A stretch of 64,000 nt of DNA, from IMG/VR virus record IMGVR_UViG_3300026549_000045, positions 71,135-135,134 of that record; one strand, written 5' to 3'. Under the pieces are notes generated by a model. It was given only the letters and a program-made list of their open reading frames with translations, ran no database searches and was not told the DNA's origin. Below are positions 57,471-64,000 of this stretch, in pieces (position 1 is the first letter of the stretch; each line of letters opens with the position of its first letter). This DNA is from a virus (lineage: Duplodnaviria; Caudoviricetes). Position numbers and translations under genes: made by a program.

Positions 57471-57563
57471 TATTACTGCAATATTGCAATAGTGCTTTAT
57501 TGTTATATTGTGTTAAAACATAAGGACAATATTGCAATAATTCAATATTTCTTCCTATCTTTG
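57471..57563 (+). promoter_or_regulatory. parA promoter (TATCTTTG 57556-57563) with GCAATA operator-like repeats
   Basis: Host-type -7 box; TATTACTGCAATATTGCAATA at 57471-57491 is identical to 59117-59137. Confidence 0.6.
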
Positions 57564-57612
57564 CAGCAGCTACAACATTTTATATTCATAATTCATTTAC
57601 AAAGCTACAGTT

Positions 57613-58464
57613 ATGAAACAGAAACGTAAGACACAGTTGCGTGCTGTCATTGGCATCGGCAACTACAAGGGCGGCGTAGGAAAGACCACGACTACCCTGA
57701 ATCTGGCAATGGCTTTGCACGCGCAAGGCTACCGTGTGATGGTCATCGACATGGACCGTCAGTGTAACCTCTCCAGCTGTACCGACTGGGATCCAGACAT
57801 GGAGTTACAGAACTACCCCACCATCTACAACGTATTGTGCGAGGATGCGCCCATTCCCGTCTATCTCGCGCCGTCAGGACTTTACTACTGTCCCTCTACC
57901 TCTATTATGAATAAGGTAGACCAACAGCTCCCTACCCTGCGCAATCCCGCATCCAAACTGACACGTGCCCTGCAAAAGGCACCCGACGATCACACAGGCG
58001 AAGGTCTTACGGACTGGGCAACCGACTTTGACTTCATCCTGATTGACTCGCCCGTTGGTCCGCAGGTGCTTATCGACAACATTCTCATTGCAGCCAACGC
58101 CGTGCTCATTCCCATCAACCTTGAAGGCTTTGCTCTCAACGGACTGCAGAACTACCTCGCCTATATCCAGGAGATACGCGAGACGGAGAACGACGAACTT
58201 GTAAATCTCGGGTTCCTTATCTCTCGCCGTGGTCCGGAATCAAAGGATAAGGACAAACCAAACAAGCAGGATATCGCTGAGAGCAAACTACGCGAACGCT
58301 ACAACAAGAATATCCTTCCTGTCATCATCGGCGATTCGGAGGCCATCAAGAGTTCACAACAAGACTTGAAGAGCGTGTTCCAATACCCGCCAGCCTACGT
58401 AGCCAGAAAGATTTACTCTAAACTGGCAGACGAAATCGTCAAGCGAACCAAAGGACTGATATAG
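57613..58464 (+). CDS. parA: ParA family partition ATPase (no N-terminal HTH, type Ib-like)
   Basis: KGGVGKTTT, VIDMDRQCN and FDFILIDSP motifs. Confidence 0.92.
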   Translation: MKQKRKTQLRAVIGIGNYKGGVGKTTTTLNLAMALHAQGYRVMVIDMDRQCNLSSCTDWDPDMELQNYPTIYNVLCEDAPIPVYLAPSGLYYCPSTSIMNKVDQQLPTLRNPASKLTRALQKAPDDHTGEGLTDWATDFDFILIDSPVGPQVLIDNILIAANAVLIPINLEGFALNGLQNYLAYIQEIRETENDELVNLGFLISRRGPESKDKDKPNKQDIAESKLRERYNKNILPVIIGDSEAIKSSQQDLKSVFQYPPAYVARKIYSKLADEIVKRTKGLI

Positions 58465-58693
58465 CATTACGGCAATACTGTCTAACTGCAATAACGCAAT
58501 ATAGCATTAATGCGGTAAAACATTAGCGCAGTATCGCAGTATAGCAATACACCTATATTATATTATCGAAAACCGACCAAATTGCAGTAAAACACTAACA
58601 CACTATCGCAATAATGCAGTAATGTAAGGAGGCAATAAAACAATATAGCAATAGTGCAATAAGGTTGTAGTGTAATAAAGCAGTAAAACAATA
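58462..58693 (+). repeat. Degenerate 8-bp tandem array (nnGCA(A/G/T)TA), candidate centromere
   Basis: ctgcaata acgcaata tagcatta atgcggta aaacatta gcgcagta tcgcagta tagcaata ...; roughly 25 units in two blocks. Confidence 0.75.
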
Positions 58694-58713
58694 ATTTAAT
58701 AAAGCATTATAAC

Positions 58714-59106
58714 ATGAGTGCAATAGGAAAAAAGAAACAAGACAAGTCGCCGCAGGTTCTCAGTGAGTCACCAGAAGAAATTCTGCAGCGCAAGCGTGCA
58801 TTGGAGAGTAGGGTAGGGGATAGCAGTTCCTCGTCGTCATCAGAGCCACAGCCTACTGGTCTCGCGGCAGAGAAAGCCGTCGGCGCCCTGTGCTTCCTCC
58901 CCAAGTCATTACACCGTCTCGCTACCCGTGCGGCAGAAGACCGTGATCTAACCGCCAAGCGGTTCTTCTTTGAGTTAGTCCTAAAGGGTCTCGAACAGCA
59001 GGGTATCATTACCCAGGAACAATACGACGAAGCATTCAAACTCCCCAACGAGTACGGATGGAAAGGACGCAAGTCTTCGGGCAGCAGCTCTTCATCTTCG
59101 CAGTAG
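58714..59106 (+). CDS. Small ParA partner, probable ribbon-helix-helix centromere-binding protein
   Basis: Disordered N-terminus then ALCFLPKSLHRLATRAAEDRDLTAKRFFFELVLKGL; flanked by the repeats. Confidence 0.55.
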   Translation: MSAIGKKKQDKSPQVLSESPEEILQRKRALESRVGDSSSSSSSEPQPTGLAAEKAVGALCFLPKSLHRLATRAAEDRDLTAKRFFFELVLKGLEQQGIITQEQYDEAFKLPNEYGWKGRKSSGSSSSSSQ

Positions 59107-59166
59107 TATGTTATCGTATTACTGCAATATTGCAATAATTTAATAACACTATAACGCAATAAGGCT

Positions 59167-59391
59167 ATGACACCAGAAGAGTATATAGAGAAGCTGAAGG
59201 AGGTACAGCGCACCCTTGACAGCGTAAAGGAAGATCTCGACCGTGCCATCGACAGGATGCAGCGACGTATCGAGACGGGATATGAGAGTATGGAACGGGA
59301 CAGCCGTCTGGCAGCACTGGCAGGGCGTGAATACGTGAAGCTGGCTGACAGTACACTCCTGGAAGTTGGAACCGCTAAAATTGAATACTGA
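59167..59391 (+). CDS. Small hypothetical protein
   Basis: 74-aa coiled-coil ORF. Confidence 0.6.
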   Translation: MTPEEYIEKLKEVQRTLDSVKEDLDRAIDRMQRRIETGYESMERDSRLAALAGREYVKLADSTLLEVGTAKIEY

Positions 59392-59392
59392 T

Positions 59393-59557
59393 ATGAAGCA
59401 TACAGAAAGTGAAGCATACGAATTGATAGATGCTTGTAATGAGAATATCAACAGCGGAGATGTGAATAGTGCAGGCAGTTATGACGAAGGTGTCAGAGAT
59501 GCCTTACTTTGGATGATTGATGGTACTTCAAAACCATATATCGGTAGAGAAATTTAA
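59393..59557 (+). CDS. Small hypothetical protein
   Basis: ATG 59393; SYDEGVRDALLWM motif. Confidence 0.55.
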   Translation: MKHTESEAYELIDACNENINSGDVNSAGSYDEGVRDALLWMIDGTSKPYIGREI

Positions 59558-59569
59558 AGCAATATATCT

Positions 59570-59812
59570 ATGCAACAGTACACGCATGATTATACGCTGG
59601 TGTCAGAGGCCGAGAGTCATCTGTACGCCGCACAACAGTTAGAGGCGCATGAGCAGCCCGAAGAGGCATGGAAGCACATTGAAGATGCCCGTCGCAAGCT
59701 GCAGCAGTATCTTGCACAGGACAATATGATACCAGACGATGATGTCTACAACGGATGGGTGAAGTCCAACGACGTGAAAGAAGAAATTGAACAACTAAAG
59801 CAGCAGTTATGA
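59570..59812 (+). CDS. Small hypothetical protein
   Basis: 80-aa ORF overlapping the next start (ATGA). Confidence 0.6.
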   Translation: MQQYTHDYTLVSEAESHLYAAQQLEAHEQPEEAWKHIEDARRKLQQYLAQDNMIPDDDVYNGWVKSNDVKEEIEQLKQQL

Positions 59813-60213
59813 AAACAATTATCTCCGCAGGCCGCATCATGATACTGGTGCTGGCAAGTCTCTTGGTTTTTACGTCCTGCAGCAAGGATGAAGAACCAGG
59901 CATCAGGGATTACGATCTGATTGGCCAATGGATTTCTGACGTCAGGAATAATACACGGATATATACGTTTGGTGGTGATTTCAGAGGATACTATAACGAT
60001 TCCTCTGGCAGATGGTCCGACTTAACCTACACTATTTCTGAACTCGGACATATCCATATCAAATTCTTCAATAGTGCCACCAAGGAATTTGAAGAAGAAT
60101 ATGACTGGACTTACAGTGTTTCCGGCAATACGCTATGGCTGAACGGAACATCGTTCACCAGAAAGAAGGACAGCACACCTGTAGATACCGTTGTGTCAGC
60201 ACGCCGACAATAG
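59809..60213 (+). CDS. Lipoprotein with lipocalin-like beta domain
   Basis: LLVFTS-C-SKDEE lipobox and acidic export-type signal; LIGQW and TYSVSGNTLWL. Confidence 0.75.
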   Translation: MKTIISAGRIMILVLASLLVFTSCSKDEEPGIRDYDLIGQWISDVRNNTRIYTFGGDFRGYYNDSSGRWSDLTYTISELGHIHIKFFNSATKEFEEEYDWTYSVSGNTLWLNGTSFTRKKDSTPVDTVVSARRQ

Positions 60214-60233
60214 GGTAGGGCTGAAAGACATGG

Positions 60234-60273
60234 CAACGACCGCACCGAGGATAACAAGGCGATGCGGTCGTTG
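60234..60273. terminator. Hairpin between convergent genes
   Basis: CAACGACCGCA...TGCGGTCGTTG 11-bp inverted repeat. Confidence 0.55.
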
Positions 60274-60358
60274 TTGTATTATAATCGTAAAGATATGACG
60301 CGGACAGATTTAAAGTCTGTGTGCCTTATCGGTTGATTGCCCGAAAGCGATTTACAAC

Positions 60359-60763
60359 TTAGCTGAAGTCTGCCCGCGATGACGTAAAAGAGTATGCGTC
60401 GCCATCAGGAGCGTAATTGCCTGTGTAGTCGTTTCTGAGGTTCATCGTTTCGGTTTCACTATTAGGCCATCGGTAACATACAAGTGTCATGCTAACCTCT
60501 CCTGTGGGTGTAAGGAGCGAATAAGCATCGACGACTTGTGCAGACGTTGTGCTGGCCTCCTGGTTCAGCATTAAGGGAGTCTGCAAGTCCACGATGTTCA
60601 ACTGTGAATCGAACGAAACGACGGCAGTACCGTCCAGCGAGAGAGTAGCTACCATTACGCAGCCGATGTCCTGCTCAGGTGGGCCATAAGCCTGCATCTG
60701 AGCCGTAGCGTGCGCCATCAGAGTAATCATCATCAGGCACATCATGCAAACGAATTTCTTCAT
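60359..60763 (-). CDS. Secreted hypothetical protein
   Basis: MKKFVCMMCLMMITLMAHATA signal peptide from ATG 60763; preceded by a variant promoter copy. Confidence 0.55.
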   Translation of the reverse strand: MKKFVCMMCLMMITLMAHATAQMQAYGPPEQDIGCVMVATLSLDGTAVVSFDSQLNIVDLQTPLMLNQEASTTSAQVVDAYSLLTPTGEVSMTLVCYRWPNSETETMNLRNDYTGNYAPDGDAYSFTSSRADFS

Positions 60764-60823
60764 TGCCTTTCGCGTTTTAGAATTTGACATAGCCGAGTTC
60801 CACGGCGTTACTATTCCTACATA

Positions 60824-60858
60824 CAAAGATACAAAATACCCAGCCAGAATCAAGGGCA
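60824..60858 (-). promoter_or_regulatory. Variant phage promoter (TGCCCTTGAT-N17-TATCTTTG)
   Basis: ATCAAGGGCA at 60849-60858; one mismatch and a 1-nt shorter spacer. Confidence 0.6.
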
Positions 60859-60867
60859 TTTGTTTCG

Positions 60868-61569
60868 CCTACTGTTTCGGTAAACCTGCGTGTATAATAT
60901 GCGTGGGGATATCATGCCTGCGATTGACCTACTATTTCGGTAAACCTTGTGCAGCTTACCAATAGGAGAGGGGCTGGGGAGAGGTGAGCCGCCTACAAAT
61001 TCGGAAAACCTCGAAACGATCTTATTTGCTTAGAAAATCACAGAATCACGTAACGTGCTATATATCAGCGTGTTTTTATTTGCGCGCAATTTGCCGGCGC
61101 CAGGCATTATACGATAAATATGGGAAATTCCTTTTATGTCCCTTTATTTTCTTAAAAAAAAGAATCGTCTCGAATCGAACCTAAAATATTCTTCTGCTAT
61201 AGAAATCCTGAATAGAATAATATATACACCGCAAATTGCTATTGATTTTCAGTGAGTTACACCGCAATGTTTTCCGAGTTCGTAGGGGTAGGTTTACCGG
61301 GATGGTAGGTGCTTGTTTTCCTTGATGGTAGGCACAGATTATCCGAGTTCGTAGGTAGAGGTTTTCCGAATTAGTAGGTGATTGTGCCCATAGTTTACCG
61401 AGTTCGTAGGTGGAGGTTTACCGAATTTGTAGGTCGAATTGTTTTTCCTAAAACATAGATGCTGTTTACCTAAAACAAAGATTATGCTTACCTAAACAGA
61501 AGATATAACTACCCAAAACGATAGATATTGTTTTCCGAAATAGTAGGCTGGATTTTCCGAAATAAAAGT
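60868..61569. repeat. Iteron-containing replication origin
   Basis: 17-mer TTT(T/A)CCGA(G/A)TT(C/A/T)GTAGG variants at 61270, 61293, 61316, 61339, 61362, 61394, 61417 and 61531; inverted copies near 60868, 60928 and 60991; four AT-rich 22-bp-period units at 61443-61526. Confidence 0.85.
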
Positions 61570-61641
61570 GCATATTTCGTAACTTACTGATAGTCAAACA
61601 AAATAAAATTGTATCTAAAAACAAAAATTTCTTCAAAAATA

Positions 61642-61673
61642 TTTGGAACTTTCAAATATAATATCTATCTTTG
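61642..61673 (+). promoter_or_regulatory. Bacteroidetes sigma-A promoter of rep (TTTG-N20-TATCTTTG)
   Basis: Canonical -33/-7 boxes upstream of ATG 61702. Confidence 0.7.
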
Positions 61674-61701
61674 CACCCAGCTACAACAAACATTTTTCGT
61701 T

Positions 61702-62961
61702 ATGACTAAGAAGAAAACTGCTGAAAGCCCTGCATCAAAGGCTAAAGCACAACCTCAGACAAAGGCTAAGAAGTCCAAGAAAAAGAAGGCCGTAACCCTG
61801 AGTCTTCAGGATTTGATTACGCAGCCCAGGCAGTTGGCCCATCTGCCGATGATGAACAAAGTTACCGGCTATCGTGTGCTGATTGCCGTGCTCCAGCGCC
61901 TTCAAGGTCTCTGGCGTATTGCCAAGATGCCTCAGACCGATAAGAACGGCCAGCTCTATCTCAACTTCATTACCGACGAGTTTGAGGTGAAGCGTAAGAA
62001 GGAGGGTGTCTACAACGATGGTGATGTGGTGTTCAAGCTCCACCTTTCCGACATTGCCGACGACCCGCACTACGAAGAGGCCCGTACAGCCCTGCAGTCG
62101 CTTACACATGTGCAATGCTTCATTCCCGACAAGGAGAATCCCGGCTACTACCGCACGGAGAATTTGATGCAGATCTACGGCAAGCGCGAGAACGGCAAGT
62201 TCGTCGGTACCGAATTTGAGGTTATCGTACCACGACTGACAGCAGAAAACACCCTCGACATCAACCTGTTCTCCAACTACACCCGTTTCGTTGGCTATAC
62301 AGCCGGTCGTCTTCGCAGCAGCTTCTCTTATCCGCTCTACGTCTATCTGTCTGAGGAATGGCGCCATCATGGTGAGCAGTTCATCATCCCCATGCGCGAT
62401 CTCCGTACACGTCTGGGTTTCGTGAAGGATAGCGATGATCCAGACCGTGAGAACCGCTACGCTTCATGGAGCCAGTTCTGCGACAAGGTGCTTAACCAGG
62501 CACAGAAGGAACTCGACAAGCTGGCAGAGGGTGGGGGAGCCGACTTTACCTTCACCTATCGTGGACTGTTGCATGGCACGCCACTGCCTCCCTACAAGCG
62601 TCCGGATGCCGTAGCGTTCACCATTCTGCCTACAGAGGCAGGTCGTAGCATCAAGGAAGAAAACGACTACGCGCCCAATCGTGAGGTGGCTCAGAAGCTC
62701 ATGGTGGGTTTCTTCGGATTGCACATCAATCAGGCTCGTGCCCTCCTGCGCCGTGTAACACCCGTTATCATGCCAGGCTTCATCATACAGCTACAGACAT
62801 GGCACGACGAGTTTATGGCCGGTCGTCACGCCGACGTGAAGAAGATTGCCGCATGGGCCTACAAGTCCATCGACGAGTATATACGTGCCGAAGAAGACAA
62901 GTGCTTTGCAGTGGCAGAAGAGATTGAAGATGATAAACCAACAATGGAGGAATGGGAATAA
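61702..62961 (+). CDS. Rep_3 family plasmid-type replication initiator
   Basis: ITQPRQL; YTRF....AGRLRSSFSYPLYVYL; IPMRDLRTRLG; RYASWSQFCDKVLNQAQKEL; adjacent to iterons. Confidence 0.85.
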   Translation: MTKKKTAESPASKAKAQPQTKAKKSKKKKAVTLSLQDLITQPRQLAHLPMMNKVTGYRVLIAVLQRLQGLWRIAKMPQTDKNGQLYLNFITDEFEVKRKKEGVYNDGDVVFKLHLSDIADDPHYEEARTALQSLTHVQCFIPDKENPGYYRTENLMQIYGKRENGKFVGTEFEVIVPRLTAENTLDINLFSNYTRFVGYTAGRLRSSFSYPLYVYLSEEWRHHGEQFIIPMRDLRTRLGFVKDSDDPDRENRYASWSQFCDKVLNQAQKELDKLAEGGGADFTFTYRGLLHGTPLPPYKRPDAVAFTILPTEAGRSIKEENDYAPNREVAQKLMVGFFGLHINQARALLRRVTPVIMPGFIIQLQTWHDEFMAGRHADVKKIAAWAYKSIDEYIRAEEDKCFAVAEEIEDDKPTMEEWE

Positions 62962-63821
62962 TGGAAGACTATAGCAAACTTTGGAAAGACTGCCTCGCGA
63001 TGATCCGCGAGAAGTATGGCGACAAGTTCCGGAACTGGTTCGACGTATGGTTTGGTGATGTGCGCTTCGAGAGCTACGACCCCGACACGCATGTGCTGCT
63101 TATTCAGGTGCCGTCAAAGTACGTCTATGAGTATCTGGAGATGAACGGTGCCAAGGATATCCGCTGGGCCACGCATGAGGTCTTCAAGGATAGCATCACG
63201 TTCAAATATCGCATCCTACGCGAGCCGACATTTGCCGAGGTGGCCACCTATCTGCAGCAGCAAGGCTACGACAGTCGGAAAGACCCCTATCACATCCGCA
63301 TCGACAATGCCCGTAAGCGCATGGAGGACGGCTTGCATTACTTCCTGAAAGACCAGGCACAATGGCTTCCTGGCTACGACAAGATAGCCGACTGGCTTGC
63401 CGACAACAAGGGTAGGGGACTGCTCTGTGTCGGTACCACCGGACGCGGAAAGTCGCTCCTCTGTCAGCAGATTCTTCCCGTCATCCTTGGCAACGGCGGG
63501 CGTCCGATAGCCAGCATTGCCGCCACCGACTTGAAGTCACGTCTCGACGAGCTGCTGCACGAGAAGATAGTCATCATCGACGATCTGGGCAAGGAGCCTC
63601 GCAAGTATTTCGGCAATGTCGATAACTCGTTCTTCGAGCTCTGCAACAATGCCGAGCGCACGGGCAACCTGCTTATCATCACTACCAATCTCTCCACAAC
63701 GCCATCCGACCGCGCCCTCTACCCGGAGTCCATTCAGGAACGTTACGGTGCCGAAGTCCTCGACCGTCTGAAGTCCATCACTCGCATGGTACGGTTAGAG
63801 GGCGAAAGCCTTCGTCGGTAG
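62952..63821 (+). CDS. DnaA N-terminal-like domain fused to DnaC/IstB-like AAA+ ATPase (helicase loader)
   Basis: LWKDCLAMIRE...FDVWF...LLIQVPSKYVYEYLE; GTTGRGKS, IIDDLGKE, IITTNL and RYGAEVLDRL motifs. Confidence 0.8.
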   Translation: MGIMEDYSKLWKDCLAMIREKYGDKFRNWFDVWFGDVRFESYDPDTHVLLIQVPSKYVYEYLEMNGAKDIRWATHEVFKDSITFKYRILREPTFAEVATYLQQQGYDSRKDPYHIRIDNARKRMEDGLHYFLKDQAQWLPGYDKIADWLADNKGRGLLCVGTTGRGKSLLCQQILPVILGNGGRPIASIAATDLKSRLDELLHEKIVIIDDLGKEPRKYFGNVDNSFFELCNNAERTGNLLIITTNLSTTPSDRALYPESIQERYGAEVLDRLKSITRMVRLEGESLRR

Positions 63822-64000
63822 CTACTGCTCCCGCTTGCAGCGACGCTGCCACTCACGGCGCATGGGCTCTGCGTAGACGTCGGGCGTGTCGGTGTCACGG
63901 CAGAACGCCTCTATCATGTCTATCTGGGCGTACTTCTCGTCACGGTGCTCTCTGGCATATCTGTCGGCATAGTCGCTGACGGCCTGCCAGAACGCCTCTC
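63822..64000 (-). CDS. 3' end of a gene truncated by the window edge
   Basis: Open frame EAFWQAVSDYADRYAREHRDEKYAQIDMIEAFCRDTDTPDVYAEPMRREWQRRCKREQ* ending at 63822. Confidence 0.6.
   Translation of the reverse strand, partial: EAFWQAVSDYADRYAREHRDEKYAQIDMIEAFCRDTDTPDVYAEPMRREWQRRCKREQ

Noticed and set aside
61270-61569. Regularly spaced repeats as a possible CRISPR array
   Set aside because: Degenerate 17-bp units with gaps of only about 5-6 bp, no cas genes, adjacent to Rep_3: iterons
61047-61600. GTAAC...TGATnnTCAG...GTTAC-like imperfect palindromes near 61050, 61236 and 61579 as att/dif sites
   Set aside because: Too degenerate to assign by eye and no recombinase is present in the window

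Overview
The window is a near-continuous stretch of a tailed phage genome. Its host is probably a Bacteroidales (Prevotella-like) bacterium, inferred from TAnnTTTG promoters, a DUF4494 gene and a Bacteroidetes-type lectin-like DGR target. Virion and packaging genes include terminases, portal, S49 prohead protease/scaffold, a major capsid with a C-terminal Ig-like domain, a probable tail tube, a 3798-aa tape measure protein and several tail and fibre proteins. Lysis genes are split between two loci. A plasmid-type replicon is present (Rep_3 initiator, iterons, ParA plus a small partner, an octamer repeat array and a DnaC-like ATPase), and no integrase is visible, so this is a likely phage-plasmid. 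A complete diversity-generating retroelement (DGR) sits among the tail genes: target with VR, MutS-like accessory gene, TR and RT, with 14 VR/TR differences all at TR adenines. Two signals stand out. First, a Stealth / dual glycosyltransferase / PRT-HAD cassette follows the tape measure gene in the late operon, while capsid, tail tube and other virion proteins carry DSS(N/I) C-terminal tags or poly-Ser loops, which suggests a virion (phospho)glycosylation system. Second, a phage-specific promoter, TGCCCTTGAC-N18-(T/G)AnnTT, occurs 10 times at the heads of the morphogenesis and lysis transcription units. All family assignments are by motif recognition only; no searches were run.
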